A program made the position numbers and the translations under genes. Below, piece after piece: positions 1 to 9,300 of a stretch of 15,789 nucleotides of DNA (positions within the stretch are counted from its first letter, which is position 1; the number at the start of each line of letters is the position of its first letter). This DNA comes from Candidatus Thorarchaeota archaeon. Its GTDB lineage: Archaea > Asgardarchaeota > Thorarchaeia > Thorarchaeales > Thorarchaeaceae. The notes beneath the pieces were generated by a model that saw nothing but the letters and a program-made list of their open reading frames with translations, was not told where the DNA came from and did not search any database. The DNA lies in contig JBHLRQ010000076.1 of NCBI GenBank assembly GCA_048882385.1, positions 1-15,789 of the forward strand. The letters run 5' to 3'.

Positions 1-33
1 AGAGGCCTGAATGAGAAGTACAGCGTATCTAGT

Positions 34-801
34 TCACAAACCCGTCAAGAAATTGATTGTATGAGCGAACAGGTCGTCCTTGAATCTGTCATCAGTCATG
101 ATCGGGTGAGGTGCTCCCTCAATCATATACATCTCTTTCTTTTCTGACGTGATGCCATCGAAGATTTTCTGTGCACTATCCTTTGACGTGTAACCATCCG
201 CAGTTCCTTGAATGATGAGGGCTGGACATACTACATCCTTGAGAGCAATCTTTAGACGACTCAAGGCATCATGCATTATATATCCCAAATTTGTTGGAAT
301 CCAGTCATACCCAACCCAACCCTTTTCCCGCAACCAACTTGGTGCAGGTGACTCATGTCGTTCGGGAATGGCTCTACGAAGGAGTGGAATCTTGCTCACG
401 GTTGGGAGTAGAGAAAAGAGTCTGTTTTGAATGTCATATGGTGCAGCCCATGTCACAATACCATCGACTTCCTCTCGTTCGGAAGCTGTGAGTAGAGTGA
501 GGACACCTCCTGCACTGTGTCCTACAATGAATGTCTGTGTACACGATTCAAGGAGGCGGCCAAGTCCTGAATGCGCATCAGCTAACCAATCATCCAGGGT
601 GACATCATAGAGGTCCTCTGGTCTTGTTCCAAAGCCTGAAAGCGAGGGCAGCCACAAAGTCATTCCAGTCTTCTCGTGGAGAATGTTGGCAAACTCCTTC
701 AGGTCCCATGCAGTACCTCCTCCCCCGCCGTGGATTAGAAGGCATCCTGTTGTACCGCCTGCGATGAACAAAGGTTCTGCTCCAGGTAAGTAATCAGTCA
801 C
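34..801 (-). CDS. Alpha/beta-fold carboxylesterase / monoacylglycerol lipase-like hydrolase
   Basis: 255 aa. GHSAGG nucleophile elbow (GxSxG), GCLLIHG N-terminal strand, QGTADG (acid) and GAPH (His) positions. GTG start preceded by GGTGGAG on the minus strand. Lies 14 nt downstream of the MFS stop, so probably co-transcribed. Confidence 0.92.
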   Translation of the reverse strand: MTDYLPGAEPLFIAGGTTGCLLIHGGGGGTAWDLKEFANILHEKTGMTLWLPSLSGFGTRPEDLYDVTLDDWLADAHSGLGRLLESCTQTFIVGHSAGGVLTLLTASEREEVDGIVTWAAPYDIQNRLFSLLPTVSKIPLLRRAIPERHESPAPSWLREKGWVGYDWIPTNLGYIMHDALSRLKIALKDVVCPALIIQGTADGYTSKDSAQKIFDGITSEKKEMYMIEGAPHPIMTDDRFKDDLFAHTINFLTGL

Positions 802-815
802 AGTTCTCCACCACG

Positions 816-2150
816 CTATTCCTTTTTCAGCTCTTCAAAGTCAGGGTCTATGTCAATTTTACGCAGGAGGAATGCGGCTATCAGGAGAAATGGCATATAA
901 ACAGGTCCCCACCACATGAAGCCTTGTAACTCCTCTCCAGTCAGTATGACTGAAATTTGCATCAATGCTCCTAGAAGGACACTTGAAGCTGCCTGGAACA
1001 TGTTCAGAGGAACGCCAATGAATCCAGCGTATATACCTGAGCGGCTCTCTCCTGTTACAATCTCATCAACTTGGGCAATATCTGCTGGAACTATGTAGCT
1101 CATGAGATAATAGATGGACATGCCAGCTCCCACAGGTACAAAGAACAGTATTGCAGCTGTTGTATATCCAATGGTGGTTCCGATGTTTCGTAGTACTAAT
1201 GTCATTGGTGTAGACACTGCAAGGACCACCAGTCCAATAATGAGGGACCGTTTCTTACCCAGTTTCTTGATCCCTGTCAGCCAGATGTAGAAGAACACAA
1301 TCGTGGATCCTAACATTGCCAAGGCCGCTGGAGCTAAGGTTTCGATAGATACAAGGAACATCACCTGTTGAAGGAATCCTACTAGTGACTGAGAAATGGC
1401 AATCAGAGTGAACGAGAGAAATCCCACAACAAGAGTCCAGCGAACAAAGATTCGATTTCCGAGAGCTACTCGGGTTTCCTCACGCAGGCTTCGTTCAATT
1501 GGTTTTATGTCTGGTTTTGCTCTGATGACTGTCATTGAGGGCAACATAAAGAGAAACGTGAGTCCACAAAATACAAGCAGGAGTGTGAGACCGATCTCAT
1601 TAAGTTGCTCAGGTGGTCCTTCTATGATCAGCAGTGGAGCCATAAAACCAAACATGCCTCCAGTTGAATCTGCTGCGAAGTTGAAGGTGTTCATGAAGCC
1701 AGACACTAGTGGCCTCTCTGTTTCATCAGTAATCTCAGGGAGCCACGCCTGATGTGCTGTCATTGTCAGGGCATAGAAGAACTTGAAGAGACACAGTAAC
1801 ATAGTGTAGTATGTGAAAAGAACTAGCTCCAAAGCAGGATTTGCAGTGTTAATGAACCAGTTTGGGACAAACAACAGGAATGCTGTTATGACAATACCAG
1901 GAGTTCCTAGGATGACAAATGGTCTCCGTCTGCCCCATCTGCTCTCCATGCTGTCACTGCAGTATCCTGTGAACCAGTGAGTCAGACCAATGACGACATA
2001 TGATGCAGCTAAGGAGATTCCGTTCAGGAACCAACTCAGTCGAAAGCTGGTCCCATAGACGTAGAATGCTGACACAGTAATCATTGTCAGGAGAAAGGAG
2101 GGACCAAAGCGCCCCATCGAATATCCTATCTTCTTCGGTAATGAGAGCAT
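816..2150 (-). CDS. MFS transporter, glycoside-pentoside-hexuronide (MelB/GPH-like) family
   Basis: About 12 hydrophobic segments. Family-type motifs GYCSD...SRWGRRRPF, AWLPEIT...ER, KKLGKK and DIAQVDE...G.SRSGIY.G. Start placed at ATG 2150 (MLSLPKKIGYS, typical GPH N-terminus); the frame stays open to ATG 2282. Confidence 0.88.
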   Translation of the reverse strand: MLSLPKKIGYSMGRFGPSFLLTMITVSAFYVYGTSFRLSWFLNGISLAASYVVIGLTHWFTGYCSDSMESRWGRRRPFVILGTPGIVITAFLLFVPNWFINTANPALELVLFTYYTMLLCLFKFFYALTMTAHQAWLPEITDETERPLVSGFMNTFNFAADSTGGMFGFMAPLLIIEGPPEQLNEIGLTLLLVFCGLTFLFMLPSMTVIRAKPDIKPIERSLREETRVALGNRIFVRWTLVVGFLSFTLIAISQSLVGFLQQVMFLVSIETLAPAALAMLGSTIVFFYIWLTGIKKLGKKRSLIIGLVVLAVSTPMTLVLRNIGTTIGYTTAAILFFVPVGAGMSIYYLMSYIVPADIAQVDEIVTGESRSGIYAGFIGVPLNMFQAASSVLLGALMQISVILTGEELQGFMWWGPVYMPFLLIAAFLLRKIDIDPDFEELKKE

Positions 2151-2360
2151 GGCTTCATCACTATCTGTACATACTATTGAGCCTGTTGATTGACAAAATC
2201 CAAGTATCTTCCCAAAGAAGTCATTGACCGGAATGAGAATAGTTAGTAACCAGATAATCAGACCAACTACAAACGTAATCATTCCGATAGTGCTTCTCGT
2301 TCAAGTATCTTGAAACATGAATCGATATACCTAAGAAGAGACCTCCTCATAGTCCATCTA

Positions 2361-3023
2361 GTGCCAGACGCTCAAACAATTGCCAAGAAATCGATAGCAG
2401 TCCTTTTCGTACTGGTCTTCATGAATTCTATTCTTTTCATCTTATCACCTGAAGTTTACACTGATCTCTTGACTCTCGTACCAATTGCCCTCTTGACAAC
2501 CATTGTTTGCATCGATGTTGCTATCCGGTCCATCTCTAGTCAGCGTGACAGATACAACCGGGTAATAGTTGGAATCTCATTCCTTCTCTTTCCATTCATG
2601 GTTTCACTACCCTACTATGAGTGGCGCTCTCTATTATCGATGCACGTGCCCGTTTTTTTGCTATTCATGGCTCCTTTAGGAGTGGTGATTCTCCTTTGTG
2701 GATCGGTTGTCCTCCTCGCAAGTAGGATTCAGATTGGTCATTATGGAGGGGCGAAGATTACTGTAGAGGAAGACCACCATCTCATCACTGATGGAATGTA
2801 CAGACATATCAGGAACCCTCAATATCTAGGGTTTATTCTTCTCTTCTTAGGCTATTCTTTCTCACTCGGAAGCTTATTTGTAACATTCATGACAACACTT
2901 CTTCTATTCGTGATCTTCAGGAGTCGCATCATATTGGAAGAGAGATTACTCCTAGATGTCTTCGGAGAAGAGTATGCGGAGTATATGAGAAGAACTCGGA
3001 GATTGGTACCTCGAATCTACTAG
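2361..3023 (+). CDS. Isoprenylcysteine carboxyl methyltransferase (ICMT/Ste14/PEMT-like) family membrane methyltransferase
   Basis: Multi-TM protein with HHLITDGMYRHIRNPQYLG and RIILEERLL...FGEEYAEYMRRTRRLVP signatures. Start uncertain: GTG 2361 chosen, the ORF track uses TTG 2310. Confidence 0.88.
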   Translation: MPDAQTIAKKSIAVLFVLVFMNSILFILSPEVYTDLLTLVPIALLTTIVCIDVAIRSISSQRDRYNRVIVGISFLLFPFMVSLPYYEWRSLLSMHVPVFLLFMAPLGVVILLCGSVVLLASRIQIGHYGGAKITVEEDHHLITDGMYRHIRNPQYLGFILLFLGYSFSLGSLFVTFMTTLLLFVIFRSRIILEERLLLDVFGEEYAEYMRRTRRLVPRIY

Positions 3024-3032
3024 TTGTGTATC

Positions 3033-3069
3033 AAAAAAAGAGAACACCAAGAGAGGAAGGACCTCTCTT
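3033..3069 (-). terminator. Hairpin plus T-tract, likely terminator of the minus-strand operon (possibly bidirectional)
   Basis: Perfect 8-bp inverted repeat AAGAGAGG (3049-3056) / CCTCTCTT (3062-3069). On the minus strand it is followed by a pyrimidine run ending in T7 (A7 at 3033-3039 on +). It lies between convergent stop codons. Confidence 0.65.
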
Positions 3070-3088
3070 AGTATACGATTGAAATTGA

Positions 3089-3925
3089 CTAAACTGTTGC
3101 TTTCTGTCTCTCAGAACGTGAGAGGTTTCTTGGCTTATAGATGATTACAATGATAACCACCAAGACCATGACCAACATGCTGATGATGCCTGAGGTAACA
3201 CTCGCAGCTTGCCCAGCAGCAGCGGTGAATGTGTTGAAGGTCCCATGCCAGATTGCTGTCATGAGGACACTCCCCTCTGTGTTGTTGTAGAGCCAGGTCT
3301 GAAGCACAGAGCCAAACATGAGTCCTATGACCCAGCTGATCGTCCCGAATGGTCCCATCGCAATGAGATTCTCATCGTACAAGAACATTGGAGCGTGCCA
3401 GGCTGCCCAGAAGAGGCCCACAATCAAGCTTGAGGTCAAGGCACTATACTTTGCCTGAAGATGAGGTAACAGGTAACCACGCCAGCCAGTCTCCTCCCCA
3501 ATCCCATAGGTAATGATCCATAGAGCCCAAGATCCCAAAAAGGTCAGGTATGGAAGATACATGACTTGTCCAAATATGCTCAGGTCTGGCCACGGCTGTC
3601 CAATAGCCACCATCATGAAAGCGGAAGCGATGAAGAAGACCCACACAGAGAGCAGTGTAGTGACGATCCAGACTGGTTTAATCCTCCACTTCGACATTCG
3701 ACTGAGCAGCACTCGGACAGCATCCTTTCCACCTCTCACCCAAGTCAAGATGAGTGCAGAAAGCATCGGACCATATGGCAGCAGATAGTGCAGACCAAAT
3801 GGGATTCCCAGGCTGATTACACCATGGTATGATAGAGCTAATAGGAGCGCAAGTGACCAAGTGATTCCATAGGCTAGGAGTATGTACGATGCAACGACAT
3901 TTCTCTGAATCCACGCTCTAACCAT
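3089..3925 (-). CDS. CPBP family intramembrane glutamic protease (Abi / type II CAAX protease, Rce1-like)
   Basis: 278 aa, multi-TM. Motifs GEETGWRG (EExxxR), FWAAWH and HGTFN (HxxxN) are all intact. Confidence 0.93.
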   Translation of the reverse strand: MVRAWIQRNVVASYILLAYGITWSLALLLALSYHGVISLGIPFGLHYLLPYGPMLSALILTWVRGGKDAVRVLLSRMSKWRIKPVWIVTTLLSVWVFFIASAFMMVAIGQPWPDLSIFGQVMYLPYLTFLGSWALWIITYGIGEETGWRGYLLPHLQAKYSALTSSLIVGLFWAAWHAPMFLYDENLIAMGPFGTISWVIGLMFGSVLQTWLYNNTEGSVLMTAIWHGTFNTFTAAAGQAASVTSGIISMLVMVLVVIIVIIYKPRNLSRSERQKATV

Positions 3926-3926
3926 T

Positions 3927-4511
3927 CTAGATGACCTCCTTCATATCTGGATTCTCTGCAAGCCTTTCAGGTGGAATAACGACCTTATACCTTGCAGAGG
4001 TGGGATCTTTCCTCATCTGGTTCAGTCCGATACCTACACCATAGACATAGACTGTCTTATTCGGGCAAATCCTTATGACAACGGAGCCCTTCAGAACTTC
4101 CGAGTCAACCTCGAGATTCATTCGTGTCATCTTCTTCTGTGCAAAGGCAGCCTGAGCTCCTTCATCATCAAGAGGGACAATGTCTGCTTTTCCTCTGATC
4201 ATGACCGTACTGTCAGGGATGAACCGTAAGTAATAGTGTGGAAAGGTTATCGTTAGAGAAACATTGGGGTTTCTCTTGATGTTCCTGATTTTTGCTGACT
4301 TTGCCTGGGTCACGATGTAGAACATCAGTTCTTCTCCGGGTGCAGACGTCGCAAAGATGATTCCAGTAGAGTGAGGTCGGTTCTTCGAGTCGACCGTACT
4401 GATGACCGCAAAGGTCTTCTTCCGAATCTCTCTCTCCACTATTTCAAAAGGTGATTTCTTCTTCTCCGGTTCAACTACACCTGTAGCTGCCCCAAGGATT
4501 GGCATTGCCAC
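3927..4511 (-). CDS. Pyridoxamine 5'-phosphate oxidase-like (split beta-barrel flavin/F420-binding) protein
   Basis: FAVISTVDSKNRPHST and SAKIRNIKRNPNVSLT patterns. The GTG start overlaps the upstream TAG (alternative ATG at 4505), and the stop is 1 nt from the CPBP start. Confidence 0.85.
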   Translation of the reverse strand: MAMPILGAATGVVEPEKKKSPFEIVEREIRKKTFAVISTVDSKNRPHSTGIIFATSAPGEELMFYIVTQAKSAKIRNIKRNPNVSLTITFPHYYLRFIPDSTVMIRGKADIVPLDDEGAQAAFAQKKMTRMNLEVDSEVLKGSVVIRICPNKTVYVYGVGIGLNQMRKDPTSARYKVVIPPERLAENPDMKEVI

Positions 4512-4756
4512 TATTCGTCACTCTCCTCTGAAGATAGAGTATTCCATTCGGTTTCGGTGATGTCTATTCTCAGAACACCCTTTGATCCCTTTAGTTCAAG
4601 CATTACACCTTCGACAAACTCCCTGCTGAGAAGTTCACCAAGGGTTCCTTCAACGAGTACTGAGCCATCAACTTCTTTTGGTTGTTCCAGACTCAGATAT
4701 CTCTTAGATTCCAGTTCAATTGAGAACGCATGATTGTTTTCGCGTTTATTCATCAT
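4511..4756 (-). CDS. Small acidic hypothetical protein, predicted beta-rich
   Basis: 81 aa, ATG start, alternating hydrophobic strands (FSIELES, VLVEGTLG, MLELKG, VLRIDI). Its stop overlaps the next start, and an AT-rich promoter-like region lies upstream. Confidence 0.8.
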   Translation of the reverse strand: MMNKRENNHAFSIELESKRYLSLEQPKEVDGSVLVEGTLGELLSREFVEGVMLELKGSKGVLRIDITETEWNTLSSEESDE

Positions 4757-4889
4757 ATATCACTATGATAGACATGCACTCAAAGTTAGAAATAATCTCT
4801 TAACGTCCGATGTTGAATTTTCATAATTGAGTATGAATTGTCCCATCTGAATTTATGCAAATAGAGTTCTCAACCAAGAATCTCAGACC

Positions 4890-6131
4890 TCATGATGACG
4901 AGGCAGGTAATCTGATGATGAATCTTGTTCCACCCAGATCATTTTCATCAACCAGCTCAATTGAACCACCATGAGATTCCAGAACGAATTTAGACAAATA
5001 AAGTCCCACGCCACTATCTTCTGTCCCCATTTCTGAACCACGTCTAAACAGACATTCCTTCTTTTCCTCAGGGATACCCGGACCATCGTCACTGATAGAA
5101 ATGACAAATACATCATCTTCAAGAGAAATATCAACACGTACTAGAGGCTCGATACCCGCATATTGAGCTGCATTTCTGAAGATATTTTGCCAGACCATTG
5201 GAAGGAGTCTGCTTGCTGTGAACGTGGCCTTGCCTACTTCGCTCCCACTGGAGATCTCAATCTTCAAGTCTTTGTGAGTTTCTTGAGATTCTCGAGCAAC
5301 TTCCTCAATGTGTTTCACTAGATTTGCCCCGGGCTGCTCAAGTGGCATTGAAAAGACATGAAGAAGTTGCACCATCCTGCCGCCTAGGCTCAATGACTGT
5401 CTAAGGTTTTCCTTGACCTTCTCTGTGCTTACATCCACGAACAGGTCAGCAAGCTCAATCAATCCCAACACAGCTTGCAGATCGTTGCGAAGGTCATGTC
5501 GCAATAGCTGAGTATAGACCTCAAGTTCCCACTGTTTTCTGGTCAAGTCACCCGTTCGTTCTTCTAACTGGGCTACATATTGTTCTAAGATATAGGCCGC
5601 AACAAGTACAAAGAAGGTGACAACACATGCTGTCCCAATGTGGTCATCGAAATCTGAAACTGGAATTCCAAATATGACAGTCACGATGAATGTCATGGTG
5701 AATATCATCGCAATAGCCTGAGCAAGAACAACAGTAGTCTTGGTAAGTAAAGTCCCTGCAATCAGCGCTACAAGAATCCACACCATCAAACGAGGCAGAT
5801 CACGTGTTTCCCAGCTTGCTCCAAAGAGGAAGAGGATGATTGGCAAAAGTGTGATTCCTGATAGAGAAATGACCAAGACTGCATCGTAGTACTTGGTTCT
5901 TGTTCCCAGATACAAAATAAAAACAAGAATTATTGCTCCGAGAAAGATGGGTGTACTGAATAACACAAGTTCGCTAGTGTATTGAGAGATCGCAAATATT
6001 GGGATTGCCAACAGAAGCAGGGTCGAGAGTAAACGAGACTGCTGACGCTTTCTTTGTCCTTGTACTGATGGATGGGGCTCAACAAGAAAAGAATACAGAT
6101 TCCTTGCTTTATCCAGAAACCCCTCTTTCAT
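4890..6131 (-). CDS. Membrane-bound sensor histidine kinase (HisKA + HATPase_c)
   Basis: About six N-terminal TM helices. H-box LLRHDLRNDL, N-box NIFRNAAQYA, G1 SDDGPGI, F-box LFRRG, G2 GVGLYL and ESHGGSI...GGTRF. Confidence 0.95.
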   Translation of the reverse strand: MKEGFLDKARNLYSFLVEPHPSVQGQRKRQQSRLLSTLLLLAIPIFAISQYTSELVLFSTPIFLGAIILVFILYLGTRTKYYDAVLVISLSGITLLPIILFLFGASWETRDLPRLMVWILVALIAGTLLTKTTVVLAQAIAMIFTMTFIVTVIFGIPVSDFDDHIGTACVVTFFVLVAAYILEQYVAQLEERTGDLTRKQWELEVYTQLLRHDLRNDLQAVLGLIELADLFVDVSTEKVKENLRQSLSLGGRMVQLLHVFSMPLEQPGANLVKHIEEVARESQETHKDLKIEISSGSEVGKATFTASRLLPMVWQNIFRNAAQYAGIEPLVRVDISLEDDVFVISISDDGPGIPEEKKECLFRRGSEMGTEDSGVGLYLSKFVLESHGGSIELVDENDLGGTRFIIRLPASSS

Positions 6132-6296
6132 AGTAATTCGACACCACTGACTACCTTTTCATTTGTTTTGAAATATAAGGGAAGTTCGTGTTGGATTCGA
6201 GTCTGTTAATTCGAAATATGACATCACTTCTATCCGAGTATGGTTTTTATTCTTTGAAAGAGGATTGTTTGTGAATAAGGGCTCTCCTTACGACGA
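6132..6296. promoter_or_regulatory. Divergent promoter region (kinase / surface protein) with TATA-like elements
   Basis: AT-rich intergenic region. TTATATTT on the minus strand (6171-6178) is about 40 nt upstream of the kinase ATG. TTTTTATT on + (6244-6251) is upstream of the surface protein. Confidence 0.45.
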
Positions 6297-6305
6297 GTGA
6301 TTCCC

Positions 6306-9300
6306 ATGAAAGCTAAGTCCACCATCACGATACTCCTTGTCCTACTTATGACAAGTTCAGTATTTGTTGTCAATACAGCTATTCCAGCGACAACGAATGC
6401 AAATCCGCGTACCCTTGAGGTCTCAAAAGCACCTGAAACCAGCGCAGAAGCCCCCAGTATATCTCCGCCTCATATCCTGGTCTACACCGAGTTTACCAAT
6501 GACAGTGCAGGAAGGGAATATGAGAATACTATGACTGCAATCAACAACACGTACGGAACCAACTACTACCAGACCAACCTCACAGATTACACTAACTTGG
6601 ACAGTCTGTTGACTGGAAAGGACATCCTCCTCATTCCCGAGCAGGAGAATGCAAATGTCGCCACAATGAAGGCCATTGGAACAGCCTGGGCTTCAACACT
6701 CATGACATTTGTGGATAGTGGTGGAGTTGTGGTGATGTTGGACTTTGGAAATGAATCAGCTCCCGGACTTGGCTTACATATCTATAATCAATCAGGACTC
6801 ATGTCGTTCGGACCAGTCCTCGGCCAATATCCCAGTGCTGCACTCATGGAGATGCATCAACACACATTCAATGATGCGCTTTGCCGACGAATTGAGTATA
6901 GGTGGACTCCTCGAAGTCACACGTTTGCAGTCACGAACACTGACGGTGTCAACGCAATTGATGACTACTCCACTGACAACCGAGTCGTCATCCATAAGAC
7001 CCTTGGTAAGGGTCACATAGTCTTCATGGGCTTCGATCTCTCTGACCCTGGTCCGAACTACGAGCAGATTTTGGGTAATGCCATTAGACTTCCAAACCAT
7101 GTTGTGTTTGATAAATCTCAGCAAACTGAGTACAGGTGGCGATGGCCTCCACCAAATCCTGATGGCTTTCAAGGAGGCGCGTTTGTGGATGACTTGGTAG
7201 AAGCAGGATTTGCAGTTTCAGGGATGGATACATTGGATGCAGCCTTCCTCAATGCAAGTGCTGTTGTCATCTGCACTCCTCCGTATCAGTACATCGACGA
7301 CTATGATGCTGCAGAGATAGCAATCTTCGATGCCTATGTAGCAGACGGTGGGTCAATCTTCATCCAGTCGGATTATGGCATATTTGGTGACGACATTGCG
7401 GCACTTGCGAATAACTTTGGTTATTTCTTCTCTCGGGATAGTCTACTAGACACAGATAACCTCCAACGATATTGGCGGGAGAGTCAAATCTATTACACTG
7501 GTGATAACCTCCTATCACATCCAATAACGACCAATGTTGAGCGGGTTGAGTTTTACGCAAGCGATGCCTTTTCAGCACTTCCAGCAAATGCAGAGCGAAT
7601 AATAGTAACTGACTGGGATAGAACAACTTGCTGGAGCGAAGGTGGGTGGTGGGCTGACTGGCTGGGGGCAGATGGCCTCACAACTATGGCAGTTTCAGAA
7701 TATGGCTCTGGAAGAGTGAGCGTGGTCCTTGATGGTAATTTCATGGATGGAATCAACGATGAAGATTCAGATGGCCTTGAGGATTACCTTGACAGTGATA
7801 ATGATGTCCTCCTCCTAAACACCATTCATTGGTTGGCAGGTATTGAGGCTGTAAATGATGCTCCTCTATTATCTGACTTGACTCACACACCATCAAGTCT
7901 TACAGATGGAGATCCTGTCACCGTCTATGTCAATGCGACTGATACCGATGGACTGGCCAACATAACCTGTCAATATCGAGATAATCTTGGTGGCTGGGTG
8001 AATGTGTCAATGACTCCTTTGGGTGGTGATCAGTACTCTGCGTCCATTGGGAATTTCAATATCAGTGAAGAGAAAGACTACTACGTTCGGGCATTTGACA
8101 GTTCCACGGACATGATGGAGTCAGTTACTGAAGTCGTTTACCTGAATGGAATCAATTTCTTCCCAGACACACCAATGCTCTACGATCCTGGGACAACTGA
8201 CAATGATGGAATATTCCTCCTCAACTGGACCGCATCCGTTGATGCAGATGGCTATATTGACCACTATGAGATTCAGGTTAGTCTTAGTAGTCAGTTCCTA
8301 GACACCTATGCGCTGATCGATGCTTACACTGATGATTATATGATGACCGTCTATGACAATGATTCTTATTACTTCAGAGTTCGTGCAGTGGATGATGATG
8401 GAACTGTAGGCTTTTGGAGCTTCCAGCAATCGATCAACGTTGTCATCATACAAGGTCCAATCGTATCAACTCCGGTCCTTACACCCGCCTCCCCTGTGCA
8501 TGGGGACAAAGTGAATGTCAGTGTCGATGTGACAGACCAAGACGGTGTCAAGAACGTCACCTGTTATTATCGTGTCAATTCTGGATCTTGGCAGAATGCG
8601 ACTATGACAAATCAAACGGGAGATATGTACAACTGCAGTCTTGGTACATATTTCGTTGATGACATTGTCGAATATTACATCAAGGCTTTCGACAACTCCA
8701 CAAGTTACAATCCGACAACCACGATCACCTATTCGTTTGAGATTTTGAATCAACCACCAACTGAACCCACTCTCTATGATCCTGGTACTTTAATCACAAC
8801 CTCAAACCTAACGGTGAGTTGGACAGCGGGATTCGATCTTGAGGGTGCGATTGACCACTATGAGCTTCAGATGAGTTCTTTAGACGACTTCAGTTCGATC
8901 ATAAATCAGTGGTCTGCTCCTACTACGGAATACGAAGTAAGCGGGCTTACTAATGGAACCTTCTACTTCCGAGTGAGAACAGTAGATGACCGTGATGCTA
9001 TCAGTCCATGGAGTAACATCGAATCCATCTCCGTAGACTTGAGTGGACCATCAATCTCAGTTCCCATCCTTTCACCAGTCAATCCAGTACATGGTGACTC
9101 TGTGACTGTCAAGGTGAACGTCACAGACCCAAGTGGAATCAAGAATGTGACCTGTTACTATCGTTTCAATTCAGGAAGCTGGCAATTTGTAGGAATGGCC
9201 CTGGGAACTGGCAACGAGTACAGCTGTGGGATTGGTTCTGTATCTGTGGATGACTTTGTCGAATACTTCATTGAGTCATACGACAACTCACCTAACTTCA

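Noticed and set aside
1-33. Possible 3' end of a convergent plus-strand gene at the window start
   Set aside because: Too short to assign a frame or product.
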